DNA of 64,000 bases from a virus (taxonomy: Duplodnaviria > Heunggongvirae > Uroviricota > Caudoviricetes). Positions 39,210 to 49,300 of this stretch are shown here, piece by piece. Below the pieces are notes generated by a model that saw only the letters and a list, made by a program, of their open reading frames with translations, did no database searches and was not told the DNA's origin. Every line of letters starts with the position of its first letter. The stretch's first letter is position 1. A program made the position numbers and the translations under genes. The stretch spans positions 32,001 through 96,000 of IMG/VR virus record IMGVR_UViG_2718218304_000001; one strand, written 5' to 3'.

Positions 39210-41549
39210 TTACTCTTCTACTGACTCGGTGGGGTTGTCTTTTGCTCTTCGGTCGTCGATTGCCTGCAAAGCCGCAATGATTTCAGCCAGTGGCTTCTCC
39301 CGATACATCTCGACGATCTGCGATTTGGTGTATTTCTTGTCACCAATTTCAACTCGCCCGCTGGCGTTCTTTGGCAGGTATCCTTCTTCCAGCATGTACT
39401 CGACGAGCGATTCGATAACGTCGAGGCCACGAGTAGGATCGAAGTAGAATTTCCAGGTGCATTTGCCATACGGTGGTGCAACTTTGTTTTTGATGCATTC
39501 TGCGCCTACGTCCTGGCCGATCTTCTCTTTACCATCCTTCATCACCGATGCACCAAGACGGATACGTACAGAAGCGTAGAACTTCGGTGAATCTCCACCT
39601 GGCGACGTAGTAGGGTCGCCAAACATTACACCGATTTTTGTGCGAACCTGATTCAAGAAGATGATGCAGGCGTTGTATTTGCGTGCCCACAAAGCCAGAG
39701 TAGGGAAGTTCGCACTCGTCGCACGAGCCAGTGCCGTATTGTCGTTCATGTTTAGCTGATCTTTGTCTTTGGCAGTGCCTTCAGCCATCTTTTCGAACTT
39801 CTCGGCTTTGGAGTTCGGAACCATAGACGCAAGAGAGTCAGCCACGATACAGATAGGTGCTGATTCGGGGATAAGCTCTTCATCACGAACCAATTTAAGT
39901 ATTGTGCCGATCAACTCTACAGAGTCTTCGAAGGTATCTGGCTGCTTGTATACCCACTGACCGTCGTCTTCGTCGGCGTTCAGTCCGTTCGCTACCGCCA
40001 GACCAACGTCGAAACTGTTTTCGTGGTCAAGGAATACGGCCAGACCATCCTGTTTTTGTGCTGACACCATCGCAGCCGTCGCGAGGAATGTGTTGTGGCT
40101 GATAATCCCGTTAGACCAGAAAGAGTGTGTTTCCGGCATCGCTACGTCGAACGTTGGTGCTTCACCTTCCTCAATAGCCACGACTTCGTCGTAGAACAAG
40201 TTAGAGTCAATTACCGCTGCCAGTTGTGCAAACAGATGCTCGTTAAAACGATTCTTTCTGCCAATGAAGGAGACATAGATTTCTCGCAGTTTGTCTATTC
40301 CGACACGATCGCCGCGGCCAATAACGTGATCTACCAGAACGTAGTCTTTACGAGAGGTCTTGGTGAGTGACTCGTAGAGTGATTTCACTAAGCCGCTGAT
40401 GTGCGGAACGTAGCCTAAATAAGTGCGGTCAAAACTAATGTCCCGTTTGGTTGCCACTGCTAAACGAGCCGGAGACTCGAACCCAATCGTTGACAGGAAA
40501 AGGTCGTAGTTAGAGCCACTGAATGACAGCCGGTAATATATGTTTTTATAACCTGCGACGTGTTTTTCAGAGATAGTTGACGTAATCCCCAGATTCAGGA
40601 GCATGAGGCGAATTTGCTGTAGCAGCAGCCCACTCGCGCTCACAACCTCAATGCAGCGACCATCATTGACGTGGCATTCCAGCTCAAAGTAGCCGCGAAG
40701 GAATGCAATTTGAGCCTCGCTATTGGCGCGACGCACACTCAACGGAACCTGCTTGCCAGCAGCTTTCTCATACTCCAGACCATATTCTTTAAAAAGCAGC
40801 GAACGCACCTCTTTGCTAAACAGCACATGGTCTTCCGAGCCGTTATGTTTTCTCGTAACTGGCATCTTGTCTGATACCAGCGAAATGAGGCGGTAGTACT
40901 CATCCTTGATGAAAGGATCTGTGTTAGAAAAATTCACTGAATTTTCAGAGGCCACGTATCCGTCAGCAATTAAATAGCCCATCAGTTTTGCGATATTGGC
41001 ATCCAGGTGCTGATCGCCGAATTGATGTGTGCCAACCATTGAAGGAATCGTGTCGCCTACACTGATTTTTTCAGCATGTCGCCAGACGACATTACCTAAG
41101 TCGTCAACCACACGGATTGGGTGACGGAACGTAGCCTCGATATAACCGCCTGATGCCAGCTTAATACGCTTGAATTTGCGACGGTTGTTCCATGTCAGGT
41201 GTGAGGTCTTCTCTATCACGCCATTTTCATTGATGAGTCCAACGTTATGCTCTACATCGCGAGTAGTGCATGTCGCTTTGTACCCTTCAATCTCAAACAA
41301 CTCTTTCACTGTTACCATTCCACGCTCCGTCAGCAGCATGGTGTCTGCGGTAACACATTTCCCCGCGCTTGGTGGCCCGAATACTTCTACGATACGACCA
41401 CATGGGAAACCGCCATCGTAACGACCGGAAATAGCTTTGTTTAACGGAGGAAAGCCTGTGTCAATCCAATGAGTTACTTTCTGAATTTCGTCGTTGCTAC
41501 CGATTTTCTTTTTCAGAGCAAGTGCCAGTGCGGATTTTCCTTTTGCCAT
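39210..41549 (-). CDS. RecA/UvsX-like recombinase interrupted by an intein
   Basis: Exteins total ~357 aa and read GRIVEVFGPPSAGK|T...FLNQVRTKIGVMFGDPTTSPGGDSPKFYASVRIRLG, paralleling RecA (GRIVEIYGPESSGKTT...[32 protein letters not shown]). Confidence 0.8.
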   Translation of the reverse strand: MAKGKSALALALKKKIGSNDEIQKVTHWIDTGFPPLNKAISGRYDGGFPCGRIVEVFGPPSAGKCVTADTMLLTERGMVTVKELFEIEGYKATCTTRDVEHNVGLINENGVIEKTSHLTWNNRRKFKRIKLASGGYIEATFRHPIRVVDDLGNVVWRHAEKISVGDTIPSMVGTHQFGDQHLDANIAKLMGYLIADGYVASENSVNFSNTDPFIKDEYYRLISLVSDKMPVTRKHNGSEDHVLFSKEVRSLLFKEYGLEYEKAAGKQVPLSVRRANSEAQIAFLRGYFELECHVNDGRCIEVVSASGLLLQQIRLMLLNLGITSTISEKHVAGYKNIYYRLSFSGSNYDLFLSTIGFESPARLAVATKRDISFDRTYLGYVPHISGLVKSLYESLTKTSRKDYVLVDHVIGRGDRVGIDKLREIYVSFIGRKNRFNEHLFAQLAAVIDSNLFYDEVVAIEEGEAPTFDVAMPETHSFWSNGIISHNTFLATAAMVSAQKQDGLAVFLDHENSFDVGLAVANGLNADEDDGQWVYKQPDTFEDSVELIGTILKLVRDEELIPESAPICIVADSLASMVPNSKAEKFEKMAEGTAKDKDQLNMNDNTALARATSANFPTLALWARKYNACIIFLNQVRTKIGVMFGDPTTSPGGDSPKFYASVRIRLGASVMKDGKEKIGQDVGAECIKNKVAPPYGKCTWKFYFDPTRGLDVIESLVEYMLEEGYLPKNASGRVEIGDKKYTKSQIVEMYREKPLAEIIAALQAIDDRRAKDNPTESVEE
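40092..41357 (-). mobile_element. intein (422 aa) with LAGLIDADG homing endonuclease, inserted in the P-loop of the RecA-like gene
   Basis: Starts with Cys right after GPPSAGK, ends ...IISHN followed by Thr; internal LMGYLIADGYV and FLRGYFELECHV blocks. Confidence 0.75.
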
Positions 41550-41551
41550 GA

Positions 41552-41824
41552 TCAGGCTCCTTTTGTTTCGTTGATTCGTTTTAAAGCGGCGGATTCGTCG
41601 AATACAATCGCATCGTGATTAAGGAGTCTGGATACACGAGCGAGGATTTTTACGACCTGCTCGCTGACTAATCCAAACTCGCGATCTGTCGCTTTCATTC
41701 CGGCAGCGCCTAGAATTGACGGCAGTGCGATGACAGCGTACTCACCGTGATAAAAGACAATCTCTTTTGCCAGTTGGGTGGGGGTGGTTGTAGCGCCATT
41801 AATAATCGATTTAAGCATTAGCAA
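41552..41824 (-). CDS. hypothetical protein
   Basis: ORF track only. Confidence 0.3.
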   Translation of the reverse strand: MLMLKSIINGATTTPTQLAKEIVFYHGEYAVIALPSILGAAGMKATDREFGLVSEQVVKILARVSRLLNHDAIVFDESAALKRINETKGA

Positions 41825-42813
41825 TACCTTTCGAATGGAAGAACAAACACTTCAAGGTCTTCAAGGAACGAACGGAAATTCAGCTCGTAGCACAGTTGCT
41901 CGAATGCTTTCACGTCACGATTGCCTTTGATTGTTTCGATTTCGGTAGGCGGAAACTTCGTCTCAATCAGGTTCATTAGCGTGATGTTTCTCTTGAACGC
42001 TTCGAGCATTCGACAGCCTGTTTTCTCGTTGAAGGCATTCTTCGCTAGTTTGTTGAAGGCGGTCTTATGGCGTCCTTTGTCAACCACGATTGAGCCGTCG
42101 TTGATGCCGCGTACCATCGTTGCGACACTTCCCCATTCATGCAGCAGCTCTTTCGCACCGCCAGCACCAATGCCACCAACACCGCTAATGTTGTCCGATT
42201 TATCGCCTTGTAATGCTTTTGCTTCCAAAAATGCGCGAGGAGTAGCGAATCCTGTCAGCTCCGCAAATTGCTCAAAATTAACCTGCTTGTTTTTGGCGTC
42301 TTCGCGCAGGCTTACCCAGCTTACGTTTTCGCGAACTAACTGAAGCCAGTCGCTATCGCCTGTTAACAGATAGATGTGTTCAACGGTTGGCTGCGGTGCC
42401 ATGCGGGATACCAGCAGCCCGGCCAGATCATCCGCTTCTGCATCTTTTGCAATGAGTTGGGTAACTCCAAGCGCGGTCATCATTTTGAGGATGTATGGCT
42501 TCTGGATAGCAAAGCCTTCCTTCATCTTTTTCATATCAGGATCGTCGTCGCGATTTGCCTTGTAGTCCGGGTAAAAGTCGCGACGCTTGTCACTAAATCC
42601 ATCCCAAAGAATCATAGGTCGGGCATGGAGGATGGAGGCATAACGACGGACGTTCTTAACAAAGCCGAAAGCAGCCTGTACTTCCATTTCGCCGTTGTGC
42701 AATTTGTCAGATTGTTGGTGGTAATAACCCAGGCTATTGCCATCTACGAAGAGATAATTCACCGGTACATTCCTTCCAAAAAGTAAGGCGTCCGTAGACG
42801 CCTTACTGGTCAC
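41818..42813 (-). CDS. 5'-3' exonuclease / flap endonuclease (PIN-like)
   Basis: FVDGNSLGYY, LTGDSDWLQL, LQGDKSDNISGVGGIG motifs. Confidence 0.8.
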   Translation of the reverse strand: MTSKASTDALLFGRNVPVNYLFVDGNSLGYYHQQSDKLHNGEMEVQAAFGFVKNVRRYASILHARPMILWDGFSDKRRDFYPDYKANRDDDPDMKKMKEGFAIQKPYILKMMTALGVTQLIAKDAEADDLAGLLVSRMAPQPTVEHIYLLTGDSDWLQLVRENVSWVSLREDAKNKQVNFEQFAELTGFATPRAFLEAKALQGDKSDNISGVGGIGAGGAKELLHEWGSVATMVRGINDGSIVVDKGRHKTAFNKLAKNAFNEKTGCRMLEAFKRNITLMNLIETKFPPTEIETIKGNRDVKAFEQLCYELNFRSFLEDLEVFVLPFERYC

Positions 42814-42822
42814 GTAATGGGA

Positions 42823-43851
42823 TTACAGAGAGTCCAGCTCTCTCAGTAGGTCATCCAGACCTTCATCTTCCGTCGCAGATGCGGTTGCTACAGATGTCGC
42901 TGCGACTGCTTCAGACTCTTTGACTGATACGGCAACGGCAGCGGAACTTGCCTCTGGTTTAAATTCAGTTTCAACGGCACGGAGGATTTCTTCATCAACC
43001 AGACTGGTTGGTTCAGAAGCCGGTGTGTGCGCGGTTGCTACAGCCGTCGCTCCTTCTGTATGACCAGTGACAGAGCCAAATCCAGGTAGTGCCGCAGCCG
43101 ATGTTTTCGCGGTTGAGGAAATTGCTGGTGCAGATGCTGCGGCAGTTGGTGCAGCGATGCCAATCAGACGACCCATAGTGCGAACTGTCGACAGAAGACG
43201 AGTTTCATCAGCCTGATTTGCGTATGCGATCAGATCATGCTGGGTGTTCCAGAATTTATCTTCGATATCGCCTTTGTAGACTTTACGCTTAGGCGAGACG
43301 TCATATTTGGTATCGCGACCAGAGCCAGTACGTTTAATCAGGAATGCGTAGCCTTCCTCTTTGCTCAGTGGATTGCCGATATCATCAGCGATGTCTTCGG
43401 TGATTGCTTTGCAGATATCATCGAATACAGTAGACGGCAGCTCGATTAACTGGCATTTCTCAGCATCTGCGAAATCCTCACGAGCAGAAAGAATGCCGTT
43501 GACCAGGTAGCGAGGAGTGGCACGCATTTGACCGATGCGTTCTTCCATTGCTTTGTTACCCTTGTGACGAGCGCGACCTTCCATCACCATTTCGCATAGC
43601 TGACAAGCGCGACCATGAGTATGTTGCTCACAAATATAAGCGATGGTTGCTTCTTTACCTTCCTCGTTCTGATACTTAACGTAGTGCATACCGAAAGTCT
43701 GGAAGAACTTACCGTTTGGGTCGTCCTTATTCGGGAAGATACGGATATAGTTGACGCCATCTTTTAAGCGAGTCAGATCAACGTTGTTACCACGTTTGGC
43801 GGCAATGTCTTCACGAGTTTTGTTAAGCAAATCAAGTAATGTCTTAGACAT
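42823..43851 (-). CDS. ssDNA-binding protein, T4 gp32-like (putative Zn site, acidic C-tail)
   Basis: C..H.H...C..C cluster (YICEQHTHGRACQLC) and a C-terminal acidic tail (EDEGLDDLLRELDSL). Confidence 0.5.
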   Translation of the reverse strand: MSKTLLDLLNKTREDIAAKRGNNVDLTRLKDGVNYIRIFPNKDDPNGKFFQTFGMHYVKYQNEEGKEATIAYICEQHTHGRACQLCEMVMEGRARHKGNKAMEERIGQMRATPRYLVNGILSAREDFADAEKCQLIELPSTVFDDICKAITEDIADDIGNPLSKEEGYAFLIKRTGSGRDTKYDVSPKRKVYKGDIEDKFWNTQHDLIAYANQADETRLLSTVRTMGRLIGIAAPTAAASAPAISSTAKTSAAALPGFGSVTGHTEGATAVATAHTPASEPTSLVDEEILRAVETEFKPEASSAAVAVSVKESEAVAATSVATASATEDEGLDDLLRELDSL

Positions 43852-43968
43852 GTGTTTCTCCTTGTTGTGATTTGGCCGATGGCGCTATGCGCGTTGGGCT
43901 TTCGTTCATTCGTGGCTCTTTCGAGCTGTTAAATGATAGATCAGCACTTACTTATTATCTATCAAAAA

Positions 43969-44400
43969 TCAACGGGGAGTAATAAAGCGTTCAGAGCCTA
44001 ATCGCTCTAATTCAACGATGGCCATCTTTGACGCCTGAACGATCATGTCTCTGCGATGCGAAAAGGCGGCGACAGCATGTTTGTATATGTCTGCGATGTG
44101 CCGTGCTTCATCCAACTTCTGCCGTTTAGACAGATACTGTGGGTTTGTTTTAACCTTAGCGTCCAGTACAGACTCGTTGAACTTAATGCCGTTCATACTC
44201 AAGTTCTTACGCTCTGTGTCGTATAGCTTTGCTTCAACAGCTTCAAGGTTAAGTTTTGCCTCTGCGACATCTCGATCTGCCTGCGCTAGTTTTGACCCAT
44301 ACTCCATTAAAAGCCGTGGCTGTTTACGCCATACTTCCTCAAGGTTGTCGCGGTCGAACTCCAGATCGGCCATGATTTTAGAAAAAATATCAGTGTTCAC
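43969..44400 (-). CDS. hypothetical protein
   Basis: ORF track only. Confidence 0.3.
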   Translation of the reverse strand: MNTDIFSKIMADLEFDRDNLEEVWRKQPRLLMEYGSKLAQADRDVAEAKLNLEAVEAKLYDTERKNLSMNGIKFNESVLDAKVKTNPQYLSKRQKLDEARHIADIYKHAVAAFSHRRDMIVQASKMAIVELERLGSERFITPR

Positions 44401-44654
44401 TCTAATAGGTTCCTACTTATAAAATCTGTATCAATTATATCAAACAGAGAACGGGTTTATGGCGTCATGTCAACTTTGTTCAGGGGAAAATATTGAGATC
44501 ACCGAAGATAATTAGTTGTCTTATTTTGGTAAGCTGTGCTGACCATCTTTAGGTCACATACATGAGATGGATGGGGGTGTGGCATGAACGGATGAAATTC
44601 AGTCGCCGTTGACAGATGTCAACACTGTGAATAGAATACTATTATCGGAGGCGA

Positions 44655-44879
44655 ATGAAGCAACATCCGAATAAGCATATTCAAGCAGCCATTGACTATG
44701 CATTAAGTAAAGGCTGGATCTGGGTAGCAGCTGGTGGTGCTGCACATTGTTTTTGCAGACTGCGATGCGGTAATCCAGAAGGTGAACACAAAACTCACCA
44801 AATGAGCGTATGGTCGACTCCGGGTAATCCCGAAAACCATGCCAAACAGATCAAACGAATGGTTGATCGTTGTAAATGA
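44655..44879 (+). CDS. putative HicA-like toxin (tentative)
   Basis: 74 aa; GW...GGAAH...KQIKR pattern loosely resembles the HicA/YcfA family; the only plus-strand pair in a minus-strand block. Confidence 0.3.
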   Translation: MKQHPNKHIQAAIDYALSKGWIWVAAGGAAHCFCRLRCGNPEGEHKTHQMSVWSTPGNPENHAKQIKRMVDRCK

Positions 44880-44903
44880 TTTCAAGGCGGCATTAGCCGC
44901 CTT

Positions 44904-45503
44904 TTGCAGAAACTGTCCAACTATCTTCAAAGGAAAACTATGGCGCTTTATAACTTCACTCTGACGCTCTCAGGCGTATCGTATGAGACGGAAGGACTGG
45001 AAGACGCGCTGTACCAAAACGGCTGTGACGATGCGCTAATTTGCGCATATGGAAACTCCGTCTATGTAGAATTTGACCGCGAAGCACAATCACTTGATGC
45101 AGCTATCGCATCTGCGGTCGACAATATTGAATCAGCCGGTATCGGTGCAATTGTTGAATCCGTCGACTCGGCTCTTGTGGGCTTAAGCGATATCGCGGAA
45201 CTGACAGACCTGTCTCGCCAGGCAGTGGCGTTGCTCAAAGACGGTAAGCGCGGAAGCGGCGACTTCCCTTGCCCTGTACAACGCATAAAAGGCCAGTCTC
45301 CTCTCTGGGATTGGGCTGATGTGGCTGAATGGCTCATGAATAACGGACGACTTAAAGAGGGCGATCAAATTGTCCAAAATGCCCGAACTTTGAGTAAATG
45401 GAATCTGGCGCTTCGAAACAGCGTCTCGAAAGATTTCAACGAAATAGAGCAAATTGCGGAGAAACTGATTAAACGCCGCAAAGATATTGCGAAATGCGCA
45501 TAA
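44904..45503 (+). CDS. putative HicB-like antitoxin with C-terminal DNA-binding region (tentative)
   Basis: N-terminal HicB-like segment, then an HTH-like LSRQAVALLKDG..; 24-nt gap after the upstream small gene. Confidence 0.35.
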   Translation: MQKLSNYLQRKTMALYNFTLTLSGVSYETEGLEDALYQNGCDDALICAYGNSVYVEFDREAQSLDAAIASAVDNIESAGIGAIVESVDSALVGLSDIAELTDLSRQAVALLKDGKRGSGDFPCPVQRIKGQSPLWDWADVAEWLMNNGRLKEGDQIVQNARTLSKWNLALRNSVSKDFNEIEQIAEKLIKRRKDIAKCA

Positions 45504-45832
45504 TGATGCCCGCCAATTGGCGGGCATCTGTTCTCTGTAAAGGTGTCTGGCATCGTCTGGTTCGTTAACGTTTACTAAACCAATGGTGACAAAAATTAGT
45601 TATCTTTGAAAAATAAAGGTTGCATGAAAAGAAGGGGTATGCGTTAATAGCATCGTTGGTTTGCAAGACAGACCTTATGTAAGCAGTTTTAGTAAAGCAG
45701 TCTCAGTTCAGTGTTATCTTCTGATTTCCCTTCTTCGTGAGTCTCCTCCTTAAGTGCCTAAGTAAGTCCCAATCTATACAGATCAAATTCTCGCCGCACT
45801 ATGTGGCTCACAAAATTAAGAAGGTAATATCT

Positions 45833-46048
45833 ATGTCTAATAAAATGACTGGTTTAGTAAAATGGTTTAACTCTGATAAAGGCTTTGGCTTTATTTCTCC
45901 TGCTGATGGCAGTAAAGATGTTTTTGTACATTTTTCGGCAATTCAGAGTAATAATTTCCGCACTTTGGAAGAAGGCCAGCAGGTCGAATTCTCTATCGAG
46001 AATGGGGCTAAAGGCCCAGCAGCAGCAAATGTCGTTGCTCTAAGCTGA
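45833..46048 (+). CDS. cold-shock protein, CspA family
   Basis: [23 protein letters not shown]...VFVHFSAIQ; start refined from the track (45737) to the ATG at 45833, preceded by AAGG and a long 5' leader. Confidence 0.85.
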   Translation: MSNKMTGLVKWFNSDKGFGFISPADGSKDVFVHFSAIQSNNFRTLEEGQQVEFSIENGAKGPAAANVVALS

Positions 46049-46326
46049 TTCAACGCTGATGATCCTCATTTCTACAATAACGAAGACGGTGTAAGCCTGA
46101 GTGGATAGATTTGTAGGATTGTACAAGTTGAATAAATTAGCATGGTAAGGCCATGCTAATTAAATCGACACAACGGCCAGTTTATTCCATAAAAGTGAAT
46201 TGCCCATTGTGGCGAAATGCGGGGTTGCCGCATGAATAGTCAAAGGCAGAAGCTAACTGCCGGCATGGCAAAACAAAGTGCGTAAGAGGAGTGACTTCCT
46301 CAACAAGCGCCATAATTCTTTATAAA

Positions 46327-46350
46327 CCCGCCAACAGGCGGGTTTTCTTT
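46327..46350 (+). terminator. rho-independent terminator (CCCGCCAACAGGCGGG + TTTTCTTT)
   Basis: Perfect hairpin plus T-run between the csp gene and the 3' end of the polymerase gene. Confidence 0.6.
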
Positions 46351-46351
46351 A

Positions 46352-49300
46352 TTACTTATTTATTGTCTCCGCGATATCAGCCAGAATGGCCTCCAGTCGC
46401 TCTCCTTCTTCCGGTCGGAAGTACAGGATATTCGGGTTAAATCCGTAGAAGACGGTTGCATCAAGCTCTGGGAAGTACTCCTTACGACCAATCAGATCTG
46501 ATGGTTTACTCTTATTGTTAAATAGTGCGGTTGAACGACTACCACACGTCAAAATGTAGGTTGGTCGTACAAGATTAATTTCTTCCCGCATAAAGTCTGT
46601 GAACTGGCCTATCTCGTCTTTGGTATAGTCTTTCTCTTTGTCCTTAACCTTCTTACAAACACCCGTGACATAAAGATCGCCCATGCGCAGATCTCCAACT
46701 GTCAGTAGTTTTGCCTTAAAGTCGTCGTATCCGTTCTCCATGAAGTAGCCGGTACGAGCGTCATTGCCGTTCGCATTGTCCAGAATGATCATGATTTTGG
46801 GTTTAATACCAATAGTCGGGCGTATCAACTCCTCACCCAAGCCCATTTCATCCGCCATACGTGTCATGAGTACGTTGATTTCGGCAGAACGCTTAGGATT
46901 CATTTCGAACGGACGTGATGCTTTAACAGCGTCAATGATGAGATTGCCCATCAGCTCAGCCTGGTCGCGCAGTCGTTCAGGATCAGTTGCTGGCAGACTG
47001 CCTGGCTCAATTGACGCAAAAGCCCCTACTTTATGAAGCGACTCGCGTACACGACTGTTACATGCACGCTTCTCGACCGCTTCATCGAATTGTGCCACTG
47101 ACTCGAATTTGCCACCAACTTTCTCACGCGCACGCATAATTGCCTGACAACCATTTTCAGAACAGCCTTTCACAGCAGAGAATGGCGCATACAGTGCCTG
47201 ACTGCCGTCTTCGAGTGTGCGGATCTCAATTCGGTTAGATGACACATTAACGTCTGGTGGCAATACGCGAATGCCATAGGTCAGCGCATCCTTCACCAGC
47301 CCCTGATGCTTATCCTCGCCCAGAATGGTGAGCGCAGCTGCGAAGAACTCAGCAGGGTAGTGCGTCTTTAGCCACATAGACTGATAACTGATTAAAGAAT
47401 AAGCAACGGAGTGTGATTTATTGAAGGCATATCCACCGAACTTCTCAAAGGCGTCCCATATTTCTTGGGCTTTTTCCTTACTGAGACCTTCTTGTTCAGA
47501 GACGATCTCCACGTAGTCTATGCCGTCACTAATAGCCTCGCTGTAGCTTCTACGCTTACCGTCTGAGCAATCCAGTTTTGCGTGTTTGTGAACCTCTACA
47601 GTACCTCCATTTTTGAGTGACAGTGTCACCCAGCCTGCTTGTGCTCGTTCTACAAAATCGCTGCCGATCGCTTTCATCTTATCCATGTTCTTTTTACCGA
47701 TAGCGGAACGCAGAGCGTCTGCTTCGGCCATAGAGAACCCGGCAAGTACTCGGGAACTTTGCATGATTTGTTCCTGATAGAGCAAAACACCATTAGTCTC
47801 CCGGGTGACTTCCTCAAGACGCGGATGAATTGAATGTGGAGCCATGAAGCCTTTGGCCACGGAGACATAGTCGTCCAACATGCCGGATTGGATCGGGCCA
47901 GGTCGGAAGAGTGCGGTCGTGGCGACAACGGTTTTAAAGCTCATTGGCTCAATGCCACCGCCTAGATCTTTAAGCAGCTTGCGCATGGGGCCGGACTCCA
48001 GCTGGAATACGCCCTGTGTATACCCTGCAGCAAAACCATCCAGCACCTTGCGATCTTCAAGAGAAATGGCATCAAGATTGATATCTTCACCTGTGTTCTC
48101 TTTTATGTAGCGTTTTGCACTATCGAGCAAATCGAGAGTTGCCAGGCCAAGCACGTCCAGCTTAATTAGGCCCATAGCCTCGCAGTAACGCTTATCAAAT
48201 GCGATACAACGCGCGTCACCACGGCGCTCAACCGGTGTACGTTCTGTCAGAGGAACACCTGCTACAATCATCCCTGCCGCATGTCTACCAAAGCCACGCA
48301 TAAGGCTTTGTAACTTGCAGGCTGCATTGAATGCATCAGGATATTTTGTTGCGTATTTGTCGAGACTTGCCAGTTGTTCGCGCAGCTCTTCCAATGGAAG
48401 GCTATCATCCTCGACGTTCTTCAGTTCTTTTGATACCGCCATATCTGCGGACTCCACACCATAAATACGAGCGGTGTCACGTAGTGCAGAGGCTGCGCCC
48501 AGGTAGGTGAAGTTCGGAATGCCTGCAACGTAATCTTCGCCGTAGCGTTCATTCAGATACTCGATCACCTCATGGCGACGTGCCTGGCTGAAGTCCAAAT
48601 CCGCATCTGGCAAGTCGAGACGCTCAGGGTTGATGAAACGTTCAAACAGAAGACCGTGACGGATAGGGTCGACGTTGGTTATGCCTATGCACCATGCCAC
48701 CAAAGAGCCAGCGGAGGAACCACGACCAGGCCCGACAGGAATGCCAGTTTCACGGCTGTGATTCATCAGATCGCGTACCATCAGGAAGTAACCACAAAAT
48801 CCCAGGCGAGTAAGCGTGTCCATTTCGTACTTAAGTCGCTCAACATAAACCCTGTTCTCAGAAGCCGGTGGTGTGTATCCAAACTCTTTTGTGGTAAGAC
48901 GTTTACGCAGCCCTGCAACAGCCAGTTTCATCAGCGTTGCAGGTTCGTCGTCTGCCATCTTGGGCAGTGCTGGTGGCAATTCATGCCAGCGCCATGTACA
49001 GGCTTCGATAATGGAGTCCTGCGTTGTTGAGGCCATTGCAGCTGTTACCGGCACATCCATGCGAACGGAGAAGGCTTTAAGCGCCTCAAGGAGATGGCGG
49101 CGACCATTGACGGCGTTATCTCGCTGGTGGGGTATACGCAGACGATGCGGCTGGTCGATTTTTATGTTGTTCGTAACCATGTGCGCAATGTCTTTAATGT
49201 CTGCATCGTCGATCGATTCGTAATAAGCGGGATAGAACGCTACTGGCTCTATTTTCAGTGCGCTGGCTACTTTCATCGCTCGGACGTTAATCTGGTCGTA

